DNA from: the human T2T-CHM13v2.0 reference genome, Homo sapiens
Strand: one strand, 5' to 3'
DNA: 64,000 nucleotides
Assembly (NCBI RefSeq): GCF_009914755.1
Contig: NC_060926.1
Below the pieces are notes generated by a model. It had not been told where the DNA came from, ran no database searches, and worked only from the letters and a program-made list of their open reading frames with translations. Shown piece after piece: positions 1-14,300 of this stretch. The number at the start of each line of letters is the position of its first letter. Positions within the stretch are counted from its first letter, which is position 1. Position numbers and translations under genes: made by a program.

Positions 1-612
1 GTTGATCACTCTTTCACATCTAACTCCTGGCAACCACTGACCTTTTTACTGCCTTCATAGATTTGCCTTTTCTAGATTGTTATACAATTGGAATCATACA
101 CAATGTTGTAGCCTTTTTGCATTGGCTTATTTTATTTAGTGATGTGCATTTACGTTTCCTCCATGTCTTCTCATAGATTAGTAGCTCAGTTCTTTTTAGC
201 ACTGAATAATATTCCATTGTCCAGATGTACCACAGTTTATTTATCCATTTACTTACCAAAGGACATCTTAGTTGCTTCTCAGTTTTGGCAGTTATGAATA
301 CAGCCGCTATAAACATCTTGTGTGGGTTTTTATATGGACATAAATTCGGATAAATACCAAGAAAGGAGATTTTAGGAGTATGTAAGAGTATGTGCTGAGG
401 TCGGTAAAAGTACATTTAGTTTTGTAAGAAACTGCCAACTCTCTTCCAAAGTGGCTGCACCATTTTGCTTTCCTACCAGCAATGAATGAGAGTTCTCATT
501 GCTTCATATCCTCACCAGCATTCAGTGTTGTCACTGTTTTGGATTTTGCCATCCTAATAGTTATGTAGTGGTCTCTCATTGTTATTATACTTTGCAGTTC
601 CCTAATGACATC

Positions 613-1055
613 TGTATTAGGCCATTCTTGCACTGCTATAAAGAAATACCTGAGACTGGGTAGTTTATAAAGAAAAGAGGTTTAATTGGTTATGGTTCTG
701 CAGGCTCTACAGGAAGCATAGCAGCTTTTACTTCTGGGGAGACCTCAGGAAGCTTCCAATCATGGCGGAAGACAAAGAGGGAACAAAGAGTCTCACATGG
801 CAGGAGCAGGAGCAAGAGGGGAGGGAAGAGGTGCTATACACCTTTAAACAATCAGGTCTCATGAGAACTCACTCACTGTCACAGGGAGGGCACCAAGGAG
901 ACGGTGTTAAACCATTCGTGAGAAATCTGCTTCCACGACCATTCACCAAGGATCCGTCCCCACGATCCAGTCACCTCCCACCAGACCCCACCTCTAACAC
1001 CGGGGATTACAATTCAGCATGAGCTATGGTGGGGACACAGGTTCAAACCATATCA
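613..1055. mobile_element. MST (ERVL-MaLR) solo LTR
   Basis: tgtattaggccattcttgcactgctataaagaaatacctgagactggg...caaaccatatca, with near-TSD acatc/acata. Confidence 0.9.
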
Positions 1056-1069
1056 ACATATAATGCTGA

Positions 1070-1413
<344 letters not shown>

Positions 1414-1770
1414 TGTACATCTTTTTTAATGAGATGTCTGTTTAGATCTTTGCTGAGTTTTTAATTGGGTTGTTTGTTTTCTTATAAAGTTTTAAGAGTT
1501 CTTTGTACATTTTAGATATACCACAGTGGTCTTTTGCAAATATTGTCTCTCAGTCTGTGACTTGTTTTCTCATTCTCTTGACAGTATCTGTTTCAGAGCA
1601 CAAGTTGTTAATTTTCATGGAGCCCAATTTATTAACTATTTCATGATTGTGTCTTTGGTGTTTTATCTAAAAAGGCACCACTAAGCCTAAGGTCCTCTAG
1701 ATTTTTCCATATGTTATCTTCTAGGAGTTTCATAGTTTTGCATTTTACATTTGGGTCCACAATTCATTCT

Positions 1771-2008
1771 GAGTGTGTGCATTTGTGTGTCTATATCTGT
1801 GTGCATGTCTATACTTGTGCATGTGTGTATCTATATGTGTGTATGTCTATATGTGTGTATGTGTATGTATATGTGTGCATGTCTATACATGTGCATGTGT
1901 GTATATGTTTGTGTGTATATGTGTGCATGTGTTTGTGTATGTGTGTCTATATGTGTATGTATGCATGTATGTGTGTGTCTATATATCTGTGTGCATGTGT
2001 GTGTATGT
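1771..2008. repeat. Degenerate (TG/TA)n simple repeat
   Basis: tgtgtgcat/tatatgtgt units, which give the CV/MY-rich ORFs. Confidence 0.95.
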
Positions 2009-2059
2009 CTTCATACTCTGTGAAAGAGAGAAAGAGGCTGCATATTTAAAGGGTTAGGC

Positions 2060-2700
2060 TGAGAACCCTCCTGCTCTGCTGGTGGAAATGTAAAATGGCA
2101 CAACTACTTGGGAAAATGGTTCAGCAATTTTTTAAGAAGTTAAACATGCCACTTGTCACTCAGCCATTCCACTCCTAGGAGAAGCAGACACACAGGCCTA
2201 CACAAAGGCTCCTGCATGAGGGATCCGTAGCAGCTTTATTTGTGACAGCCTCAGACTGGAAATGGCCCAGATGCCAATCAGCTGATGAATGCATGCACAG
2301 ACAGTGGCTCAACCCTGCAAAGGGGCACCACCCAGCAAGAAAAAGAAACCAGCTGCTGATACACACAGCAATGGAAGGGAAGCGCAAAATCGGCCAAGAG
2401 CCAGACAGAAAGCAGAATAGCCACTGGAGGGTCCCGTGTCTATAAAACTTTGGAAAATGCACACCCATGTTTAGTGACAGAAAGCAGCTCGGGGGTTTCC
2501 TGGGGACTGGAAGAAGCCCTGGAAGGACAGCAGGACTGGGGGGCTTGGGCCCACCGTGAGGGCAGCGGCAATGCACATCGCCCAGATGGTGGGGCTGCTG
2601 CAGGGGGATCTGCTAAGTCAAAACTTGTCAAATAGATATTTTTAAAAGTTAAGACAGCACTTTATTTTTAAAAAGAACATCATGTATTTTTGTGAGTATA
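2060..2700 (+). mobile_element. Old L1M fragment(s)
   Basis: gctggtggaaatgtaaaatggcacaactac...cagccattccactcctagg...gcagctttatttgtgacagcc..aaatggcccagatg. Confidence 0.7.
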
Positions 2701-3117
2701 TAGATTTTAGAGCCAGAAGAGAGGACGAGCATGATTTCCATATCTATTTGAGGATGAGCGTTTGAAGCAGCTCCTCTCTGATTTAATCCCACTGGGCACC
2801 TTTTGCCTGATCTGACCGTTCTGCAGTCCCCTGGCAGCAGTCAGGACAGGCTGCACACGCAGAGGAACAGAGCCAGGCTGAGCACCCTCCGCCGTCATTC
2901 ACATCCCTCACAGACCTCAGATGCCTGTAGCCAGCTGCACCAACACCCCAGGGCGCAGTCCTGTGAACATGCTCCACCTCCATGCGGGCTGCTGGGTCAG
3001 AGGCAGAGAGACCCTGGAGGACCTCCTCAGAGCGGAAAACATTTCAGCCCAGAAGTGACACACATCACATTTGCCCACAAAGATTCCCACAACTCACTAA
3101 TCAAAACTAGCTAGATA

Positions 3118-3910
<793 letters not shown>

Positions 3911-5925
3911 GTTAAATTCAGAGCTGCTTCTCATGGTGACGTTTTCAACCCTCTACGGCTTTGATACTGGAACTGCCTTCCCAGTTAGTGGTGGTCTCCC
4001 GGGGGCTACTAGATGCATGTCAAGCTCAAGGTCTTCTAAAGGGCTCCAGCCACCAGTCTTGGCTCAGGAGGCTGTGGGAGCAGGGCCAGGCATGTAAGCT
4101 GAGAACACAGGCTGTGCAGGGCCTGAGGTGTGGCTTTGCACCTTGTGGCCCATGCCATGCCTTTCTTCTCCACCCCAAGAATGCGGGCCCCCTGCAGCAT
4201 TCCACAGCCCGTGCTTACACAGCGTATTTCTTCTGTGCATTGTGCGCTATCCCAGAATATTCCTGGATGAGTGAGAATTTATCAGGAGGGAAGGGCCTGG
4301 ATCTAACAGCCCTAAAGACACCACCTCACTGTGTCCTCCACTCTGTATCCTGGGGTGTGTGGCATGCGGCTGGGCCCCTGTGGCCCTTTACTAGCCCCCG
4401 TGCTTTGCTTTGGGGCCAGAACTGCCTGCCTGGTCTGTTGGTTTTCCATGCATGCATCCGCTGCTCTGTCGAGGAAGGGTTTGACAGTAATGCCTGTTGT
4501 GCAGGGGTCACACTATGTGTGCAGTGGGATGGTCTTCTGTGGCCTAATTTCATCAAAGCACAAAACTTAGGCTGCCTGGAAAATAACAGTTAATGTGTCC
4601 TCTGTGTGTGACTTCTCCTAGGTGGGCTGGCAATGGGAGCTGGGCCCCAGTGGCTCAGAGTGACTGAGCACTGGTCTTGTGTACTTCTGATTAAGGACAA
4701 ATCCACAAGCTCCAGAAACCCAACAAGCAAATAGTAATAAGTCTGGCAGAACGCTGAAAAGCTTAACCATTATGTTTTTGCTGAACAAAAGAACCCCCAG
4801 ATCTCATGAAGAAAAGCCAGAAAACCGTGCTTTTCCTCAGAAGGTAGATCCGAATTTTTCCAGCCGTTGGTTATGTGTGCAGCTTGGGGCCAGGCGTTTG
4901 TCCACTGCAACCACAACCTCAGACATTCTTCTGTGGGGGTCTGAGCCTGGACAGCAGTGTTCTCAGAGCACTTTCCAGGACATGCGAGCTATAAGATGAA
5001 CCCATGAGCAGATACGCTTGATCCTGCAAGCTGGAGTTACTTAGTGTTGATCATTTCACTCTTCGTGCATCCTGTCTGAGGGTTAGCTGAGCCCGTTCTG
5101 GTGGTGGGCAACCACAGAGCTGTCTTCTGGCTAATGAAGACAAAGCCACCTTCTCAACTACAAGGATTCCTTGTCCCTTCTGGGGTGGCTGGGGTGGCCC
5201 TGTCTCCTCACCAAAGGCTCCTGGGACCTCACTACGTAAAGAGATGAGATTACTTTGGAATGACTTATTTCCTCATCAATAAGTGATGGGAGTTAGAAGG
5301 ATGACCCACAGCACCCAGCAGCTCTAGCCACATGTGAAATCCATGCTTGCATTTCGGGTAGACTCCTGCTCCATCTGGAAAAGATCATCTTTTCCAGAGT
5401 TTTGCTGGATCTCAACAAGTCCCTGGAAGCGCCTTGTCAATCTTTGGTTCTCAGAATTTGCTCTTCCTTATTGCACGTCTGGGGAGACACCACCCACTTG
5501 AGTGTAGTTGCCCTCTGGTCATTCACTTATTTTTCATCTATTGACTTAACAAAATATTTGTGGAGCACCCACTTTGGGACAAGCCCTGGCTCAGTACTCT
5601 ACGTGCAGAGCTGAACAAGGCAGTCTGGAGGAGGACAGGCAGTTACACCAAGCTCCCTGGACTGGCTCTGACAGTGCCACGCATGGGGTGCCTAGAAACT
5701 GCTGTGGCCGGGGCTGGTGGAGGATGGGTCATCACAGAAATAGCAGAGCCAGAGGTGCAGATGTGCAGGAAGTAGAGGCCTCGGCTCAGCCACCCCTGTT
5801 CCACAGGCCACAGCTTAGAGAGACCCTTTGCAGGGAAGTCAGCTCACAGCAAACAAAGGGTGCTGACATTTCATTCCTTCTTCCTCATGATAAGAAATCT
5901 CTTCTGTTGCCTGAGGCAGAGTCAG

Positions 5926-6602
5926 TGTATTAGTCAATTTTCACACTGCTGTAAAGAAATACCAGAGACTAGGCTGGGTGCGGTGGCTCACGCCTGTAAT
6001 CCCAGCACTTTGAGAGGCCGAGGAGGGCAGATCACTTGAGGTCAGGAGTTCGAGACCAGCCCAGCCAACATGGTGAAACCCCATCTCCACTAAAAACACA
6101 AAAATTAGTTGGGTGTGTTGGCAGGTGCCTCTAATCCCAGCTACTTGGGAGGCTGAGAATCACTTGAACCCAGGGGGCAGAGTTTGCAATGAGCCGAGAT
6201 CGTGCCATTGCACTCCAGCCTGGGCGACAGACTCTGTCTCAAAAAAAAAAAAAAAAAAAAAAAAAGAAATTAATACCTGAGACTGAGTAATGTATAAAGG
6301 AAAGAGGTTTGATTGACTCTCAGTTTCAGCTGGGGGTGCCACAGGAAACTTACAATCATGGCGGAAGGCAAAGGGGAAGCAAGCACCTTCTTCACAAGGC
6401 GGCAGGAGAGAGAAGAGAAAGTGAAGGGGGAAGAATCCTCATAAAACCATTGGATCTCATGAGAACTCACTCACTATCACAAGAACAGCATGGGAGAAAC
6501 TGCCCCCGTGATCTAGTCCCCTCCCTCCAGGTCCCTCTTTGACACATGGGGATTACAATTCTAGATGAGATTTGAGTGGGGACACAGAGCCAAACCATAT
6601 CA
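5926..6602. mobile_element. MSTA-like MaLR solo LTR split by an Alu
   Basis: tgtattagtc...caaaccatatca with perfect 5-bp TSD gtcag (5921-5925, 6603-6607). Confidence 0.92.
5972..6265 (+). mobile_element. AluS nested in MST
   Basis: Alu dimer with a small internal deletion; duplicated aaagaaat..acc.gagact flanks. Confidence 0.95.
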
Positions 6603-9600
6603 GTCAGTGGCAAAATTCATCATTGGAACAGCTCATGTAGGCCCAGACACTGTTGTATTCCATGGGTGAGGAGGTTGCTGTCCAAGCCACCTGCTCCAGG
6701 ACACATGCTGGGGCGGGGTCTAAGTCTCTTTCTTTTCCACTCACCCCCTTGCTGTCTCAGCCTCACATACCTAATAAGACGGTCCCAAGAGCTTAGCCAT
6801 AGGAGATAGACTAATGCACAGTCCTGGATAGCTTGTCCTGCCTTTTTGCATGGGGCACGTCTTGTTAAACTTTTTCCACACTCTATTTGCTGAGACTATG
6901 CAGACACAGGGAGAGCAGATGCCTGGCAGTTCTCTAGAAGGCAGGGGCTGTGTGAACAGCAGTTCATGTAACTTGGTCTGAAGCAGGCCATTTTCCTCCA
7001 TGGTTATATTGCCAATTCAGGGAGAAGCAGAGTCCTGGGCCCCCTGCACTGTGTGGCCCTGTAGCACAGTGTGCACCTGGATTCTGACATCTCAGCTTCT
7101 TTCAAATTCCCATCCTTTTCTAATTATTAATTAGATTGTTAATTATTATTAATTAGTTAATATGATTAACAACCACCTGTGACCTCATGGTAGCAGCTCC
7201 TTATAGAAATGTAGGAGCAGTCCCCAGTTAAAAATTAGATAGGGATAAAAGCCCAAATCAGGGCACTTATTCAGGGAGGTGCCACCTGGCCAGGGTCTGG
7301 GCTGCTCCAGGAAGACGGTGGCAGGAGAGGACCCGGCCAGGGGCCTCCCGGGCCCTCCTCACCTGCACTCTCGGTGGTCTCGGGCCGGTGTGCATGCAGG
7401 GTGTCCTGGAAGCAATCTTCCTTAAGAAGCACAGAAAGAGGAAATCCAAACCATCCTGCAGAGCTTGCGGGGCTTCCCGACGGGGCTTCCCGTCAGGGCT
7501 TGGCAAGCTGGCAGCCATCAGGAAGGACTTGTGGAAAGAAGAGCTTTGATTTACGGTTGCTGCCTCAGAAACCCCGATCCAATTGATGAACCGACCTGCG
7601 GCTGCCTTCTGGTTGGATGAAGTGATTTCCATCCATCTGTTTCATTTAAAAACAAAATTCAGGAAGTGAGCTTGCCATACCTGACTAAATAATAGTGTGT
7701 TTAATTTTTCCTGTTTCATTCCAGACATCCTTCAGAAGGAGGCCAGATTTTACAGAGATTTCATCTGAATGCATTCCATTTGATCTAATAATTTATGGCT
7801 GTGTTGTATTTGTCCTACAGAAAGCCAGCCAGACGCCCGTTGGAAATCCAACACACAGCAAAGTTATCCTAATGGACAGGGTCGTGACACACTCAGACAT
7901 ATCCCAGGGCAGACAGCCCTGCTCCAGCCTCTTATTTCTGTCTGTCCTACCTTTGGCCTAATCTCCTTTGAAGCAATTTTAAATGAATGAATGTGGTGCT
8001 ATAAATTCTACCCGACTCGTGGGGCCTTTCCTACCTTAGTGAAAAGATAATGTGTTGGCTGAGATGGCAAGGAGACAGGGTCACATGGTGTTGCAGCCTT
8101 TCAGATGCGAGTCCCAAGAATCTAAAGAGAACTGACAGCCTGGCATTTAATCGCCCCTCATTTAACAGCATTAACTCAAGTTAACTCTTGCAAAGCTCTG
8201 TGATGGATTTTCCCAGGGAAGCGGCTTCCTGCCTAGACATACGAGCGCCTCACACAGGCCTGGGCTGGCCCCATTCGACGCCTGGGCACCACTGGGAGCC
8301 TGGAGCTGGGGTTGGGCCCTGCAGAGCCAGAGCCTCTTGGCCATGGGCAGCTGTGCCTGGGCTTGTGGCTGGTTACCAAGCACAAGTTGACATCGTGTTC
8401 AGAATAGGGCGTGCTCTGAGGCCCCCATCAGCATTTGGCACCAAATTGGGACAAATACAATGAGGTCTGAGCCCCTATTTTATTTGGGGAGGCTGTGGGG
8501 GAGGTAAAATAGCAGATATAGGTGATAAAGAAGGCCTGAGCAACAGAGCCATGCCAGGGTTAGAGCGACAGAGAGGAGAGAGAAATAAACCCTCTGTAAC
8601 TGCTCAGCTGGGATTCAAAGAAGATGGTTTCTGAATGGGACCTAAAGCACAAACAAGGTTCAAGGGGGAGGGATGAGGGAGCATATGTGTCCTAGGTGGA
8701 GGGAGGAAGCAGCGTGCCATGTCCTGCTGCCGTGCCCAGCTCACTCAGCCACCCACCCACCCCACCCACTCCTGCCTGCCTCAGGCTACCTCCTCCCCTG
8801 TAACACTGAGCCTGAGAGGCCTCTGAGCCCCCCGTGCACAGCCAGCACCTTAGCCGCAGGCTGTCTCTTTTTTGGGGTGTCCCTGAACCGCTCTCCTTGT
8901 GCCCCTGAACCGCTCTCCTTGTGCCCCTTGATCATCAGCAGTGCTGTCATTACCCCTAGGGTAATGCTGCCCTCCCACAGGGGCAGAAAGTCTTTATAGA
9001 CTCTGTCCTGGAAGGTGCTGGAGGCCAATGAGGTTATGACAGGGGCTTTGATGCTGGAGACTTTCTGTGCCTCTGTGTGGCCTCCTCACCTTTGGTTTGG
9101 GGGTTCGTGGCTTCCATTTGATGCACAGTCTGGGCCGGGCTGAGGAAGGTGGCAGGTGTTCAGAAGACGCAGGTGGCCAGGGAAGCTTGGCCGCACCTGC
9201 GTAAGAGCACACACCTGTGTGTGGGCAGGTGTAAGCCATGCAGTGGCTCTCTAGGGAGGTGGGTGTGGGCACATTTGTCTGCAGCAGTCCTTTTAGCAGT
9301 GGGAGAAAGAGCTGAAGTTTTGAGCCGGACAGTTAGTTATGTGTCAGGCTGTTTGAGAGGAGAAACCCCTGTGGGTTTCTGTGAGCCATTTGGGCTGTAA
9401 GTGTGAGCTAGCTGCGTCTAACAAAGCTCTCCCCCTAACAGAGAAGGAGGGGCTGTTTCCACTGTGGATGCAGCTCGCTACTGATGGGAACCTAGGTGGT
9501 CCAGAGCAGGCCATGATCCCTGGGGACAGGCAGCAGCAGTGGGAGGCCCTCAGTTGGCCTGAGGCTGGGATTACAGTCCGAACCGCACGGGGCTTATAGC

Positions 9601-9961
9601 CATGGGCACAGTGTCCCTGCTTCAGACTTACCCAGGTTTGGGCAGGGGGGGAGAACGCAGGTGAAATTCCAGAAGCTTCCCGCTGGTCTGCCCTGGACAG
9701 CATCGGGCCAGCCCCTTACTTTTCTCCAAAGCATCGCAGATACTTCACCACCATCACAGGAAACAGTGGGGCAGAGCCAGATGGATCCAGTGATCCGAGG
9801 CCCTGCACACCCTGGGACAGGAAGCACAGCAGGACTGACAGCAAGTGCCCAGGGCCAGTGCCCTGTGTGCGCCAAAGTCTACACTCACTCATAGTCCAGC
9901 AACCCTCCAGAGCCAGCAGGGAAGGGCAGCACCCCTCCCTGAATCACAGACATTAAAATAG

Positions 9962-10310
<349 letters not shown>

Positions 10311-10615
10311 TCAGTATTATCTTAAATCTCCGAGGGCTACAGGACTATTGTGTCTGCCAAATGGATTCTTCATTTCTCCACCTCCTCATGCTCCAAAGCA
10401 AACCCACGCAAAGTGGCTACCAGTCCCCCTGCCTTCCAGGAGCTGTTCAGAATTTAGTACCTGCAGCTTCTTGGGTCTTAAAGCAAAAGCTGGGAGAGGA
10501 ATGGGTCGAGAGGCAGCCTGGGGCGCTGAAGCCACCCACCTACTTCTGCCTCATACAGTTGGCTGTGGGTGGGGACAGGGACATATGCCACAGAGGCTGA
10601 CACCTGCCCTGTAGC

Positions 10616-10825
10616 CAGGGCTTCTCAACCTTGGCACTATCAGAGCCAGATAATCCTCTGTTTTGAGGACTGTGCTCTGCATTGTAGGATGTCGAGCAGC
10701 ATCCCAATTTCTACTTTGTGGATGCCAGTAGCACGCTGCTGCACCCCAGCTGTGACAGCTGAAAATATCTCCAAATGTTGCCAAATGGCTCCTCGGGGGC
10801 AGAATCACCCTGGTTGAATTCCTGG
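10616..10825. mobile_element. MER20 (hAT-Charlie)
   Basis: cagggcttctcaaccttggcactat...tgtaggatg..agcagcatccc...gatgccagtagca...gggcagaatcaccctggttga. Confidence 0.85.
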
Positions 10826-11392
10826 TTCCTCTGAAACAGTGACTGAGTGTCAGCACTCTGGGGCCTGGCTGCCTCTACCTTGGGCTATGCTGATATTGAT
10901 TACCTTAAGCAACTCATTTCTCTTTCCACATCTTCACGAGCTTCACCTTCATCAACAAAAGAGCCCTAGGCCAACCAAAAACTTCCTGTGGTGAAATTTA
11001 GCTTGTTGGAGCTGACTCTTCTTGCTCAGCTGAAACTGTGCCTGCTGATGAGTAAGTCCTGGAGATCGGCTGTGCCCAGAGTTAGCAGTACTGTACGGTA
11101 TGCTTAGAAACTTGTAAGAGGGCAGATCTCAGGTTAAGTGTTCTTACCAAACTAAGAGGAAATTATTTAAAATTTGCTTATTAGCACAGCAAAGGCTGGA
11201 GAAGGCTCTATAAGGGATAAGCTGTTACCTGAGTCCTCCACTCAGCCCTGCCCCCACCAGGCCTGCTAGCACCCACAGCACAAAGTTCTCCAGACACAGT
11301 GGGGTTGTGGGCACAGTACCCCAAGGGGGTCAAGTGAAGATCAAATGAGATCATGTATGTGTCAGTCCTTTGACAACTGTGCCTAACCCCAA

Positions 11393-11470
11393 GGGGAGGT
11401 ACTGGGTAGCCCCTGGGTGAGGTACTGAGTAGCCCCTAGGGGAGGTACTGGGTAGCCCCAGGGGAGGTAG
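11393..11470. repeat. Short minisatellite, unit of about 22-23 bp (ggggaggtactgggtagcccc), about 3.4 copies
   Basis: Directly visible tandem units. Confidence 0.85.
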
Positions 11471-11649
11471 TAGTACTCAAATCCCATCAGACTCTTCAGA
11501 CAGTTCATACAAGGAGGTCTAGAACCCAAGATATTTGGACCTTCAGGTGAAGCCTGGCTCTAGCATGTCAAAGGCTAAAAGATACTGGACTTTCCTCTAA
11601 AGCTCTCGGGCTCTCCATGAGCCTCAAACACATGGTTATGAAGTGATTG

Positions 11650-12186
11650 TGTTACAGGAAAGGGGTCCCAATCCAGATCCCAAGAGAGGGTTCTTGGATC
11701 TCCCGCAAGAAAGAATTCAGGGTGAGTCTGTAAAGTGAAAGCAAGTTTGTTAGGAAAGTAAAGGAATACAAGAATAGCTGTTCCATAGACAGCAGCCCTG
11801 AGGGCTGCTGGTTGCCCTTTTTTATGGTTGTTTCTTGATGATAAGCTAAACAAGGGGTGGATTATTCACACCTCCCCTTATTAAACCATATCGGGTAACT
11901 TCCTGACATTGCTGTGGCATTTGTAGATTGTCATGGCGCTAATGGGAGTGTAGCAGTGAGGACAACCAGAGGTCACCCTCATCACCACCTTGGTTTTGGT
12001 GGGATTTAGCTAGCTTCTTTACTCCAAGCTGTTTTATCAGCAGGGTCTTTATGATCTGTGCCTTGTGCTGACCTTCTGTGACTTAGAATGCCTTAACTGT
12101 CTGGGAATGCACCCCAGTAGGTCTCAGCCTCATGTTACCTAGCCCCTACTCAAGATGGAGTTGCTGTGGTTCAAACGCCTCTGACA
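11650..12186 (-). mobile_element. MER41A (ERV1) solo LTR
   Basis: Reverse complement starts TGTCAGAGGCGTTTGAACC and ends ...CCTGTAACA. 4-bp TSD attg at 11646-11649 and 12187-12190. 537 bp long and lacks the GAS-bearing segment of MER41B. Confidence 0.88.
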
Positions 12187-12608
12187 ATTGGCCTGAATGA
12201 CCGTTGGCCTAGGAGAACTGGAAATCCTTGAAGCTTACTGCACTGCCCCGGGTTGCACACCCTCACGTGGTGACTGTCAGGAACTGGCCCAGAGTGGGGG
12301 AAGTCACTCCCCGTTCCTGCACAGGCACAGCCTTCACGCCCAAAGACCATGCCGCTCCCTGCCCTCCATGAAAAAAGTGACAGGTATATGGGCCCACCAC
12401 AATCATTCATTCCCCACAGCCACTGTCCTTGGAGGCTCCTTCATTCTTACCTCCCCAACCCAACCTCAAAGTCCCGAAACGGGCATAGAGTTCTCCCAGC
12501 TGTGGGCTGAGAGGCCCCCTCCCGCCAGACACATGCTGAGGTGAGACCAGGAGAGCCTCTCCCAGCAGGAAGAGGGCAGTTAAAGGGACTGGGGTCACAG
12601 CGCCTGTT

Positions 12609-12935
12609 GTAGTCCCTTGAGTTGCTGTAACAAAATGCCACAGATGGGTGTGTGTGTGTGTGTGTGTGTGTGTTGGTGAGGGGTGTCAGCAACAGGAGTG
12701 ATTTCCCACAGTTTTGCGGGCTGGAAGTCTGAGATCCAGACACCACAGATTCGGTGTCTGGTGAGGACTGGCTTCCTGGTTCATAGACGGCGCCTTCTCA
12801 CCGTGTCCTCACGTGGTCAATAGGGCAAGGGAGCTCTCACGACCCGATCATCTCCCAGAGACCCCACCTCCTAAGGCTATCACACTGGGAGCTGGGGTTG
12901 ACATGACTTTGGGGAACATGTGCATTCAAGTGCAG
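12609..12935. mobile_element. MLT1 (MaLR) LTR with internal (TG)n at about 12648-12673
   Basis: gttgctgtaacaaaatgccacaga...ctggaagtctgagatc...gattcggtgtctggtgagg. Confidence 0.8.
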
Positions 12936-13844
12936 CAGCCCCACACCCTTGGCATGGACCTGCAGGAAAGATCCTGCCCTGCCTTTGCTGGAGGGTTCCC
13001 GCAAGGGCCTCCTCCTCACCTCTCCCCACTGTTTATGAAATATTACTGGAATGATTAGAAAGCTGAGAGAGACCCTGGGGAGGAGGTCCCTGAGTGTCCC
13101 ATCCACCACAGTGAAGAAGGGGCCCTGCCAAGGGCTTTGAGCTCTGCAGCCGGAGAGGAGCTGCCTGATTGGAGGCCGCCTTTGGGGCAGGCGATTCTAG
13201 TGCATTCTATGACCTAACGGCCTTGTTAAGTTTCACACTTCACGCTGGCTCCCAGTGTATTTTTCATTCCTTCTCTCTCTCAGTTCCCATAAAGCCGTCT
13301 AGCTGTCCCTGTGATACATTCAAACTTGCACTGTTTGGATTCCCTAGGCTGTCTGAAAATGTGTCCTTTGAGTAAAATCCTTCTCCCTCAATTCCCAGTT
13401 ACGTCTTTAAATCAAGATGGGCCCTCCAGTCTCTAAACACCCCATCAGTGTGAGATGGCACCTTGTTTGCTTTTAAGACCTGCGATTTGGTTTGAATGTA
13501 TTCAGTTATCTAGATGTCTTCATGCTTTCCATGAAAATGTACTGAGGTTCAGTCCTTGGCATTTTTCCTTGCAGAATTCTTCTCTATTATTTGGATGTCT
13601 GGTATCCCTACAATTATACATGCTTCCAACATTTCTGTCAACTTTTCCTAAGAAGTTTGTTGGAATGCGCTTTCATTTTTCCATCCCACACTTGTTTATC
13701 AAAAATACAGTGTGGTGGGGAAGGGAGAGAGGGGGAGAGTCTGAGCTCGTAGGTAAGATCTTCTTGCTCAGAGGCCATGCGACGGGCTTATCATACAGGT
13801 TGGGTCTAGCCCTGGGAAGCTCATGACAGGTGAGAATGAAACCC

Positions 13845-14300
13845 GCTCCAGTTACTTTTGCTGCATAACAAATCATCTCAAAACTCAGTGGCTTAAAACC
13901 ATAGTTTCTTTGTGAAACTCAGGGATGCTGTGGGTTGGGAATTGGGGCAGGGCATGACAGGAAGGCTGTCTCTTGTCCACCATGTTTAGGCCTTAGCTGA
14001 GAGAACCTGCAGGTTTCGAGATTTGCTGGCGGGAGCTGCAGCCTCCTGGAGGTGGGCTGGCTTATGTGTCTGGCGGGTGGTGTTGACTGCTGGCTGGAAC
14101 CTTAGCCGGGCTGCAGGTCAGAGCACCAGCACACACTTCTCAACGTGGACAGCATGAGCTTCCTCACAATGTGGCGACTGGGTTCCGAGAGTGAGTGCAC
14201 GGCCTGCCCTTGACCTTGCCTCAGGGTCACGCAGTGGCATCTCCCCTGAGCCCTGCTTGTGGAGGATGTCACAAGAGGTCTGCCCAGCACACAGGGTGGG
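13845..14300. mobile_element. Old MLT1 LTR
   Basis: cagttacttttgctgcataacaaatcatctcaaaactcagtggcttaaaac. Confidence 0.7.

Noticed and set aside
80-415. ORF resembling the L1 ORF2 C-terminus
   Set aside because: Decayed L1M fragment, not a functional gene.
8881-8925. 22-bp perfect tandem duplication (ccctgaaccgctctccttgtgc x2)
   Set aside because: Ordinary slippage duplication with no recognisable motif.
13622-13668. Short inverted repeat ttccaaca...tgttggaa
   Set aside because: Stem too short and bulged for a pre-miRNA; expected by chance.
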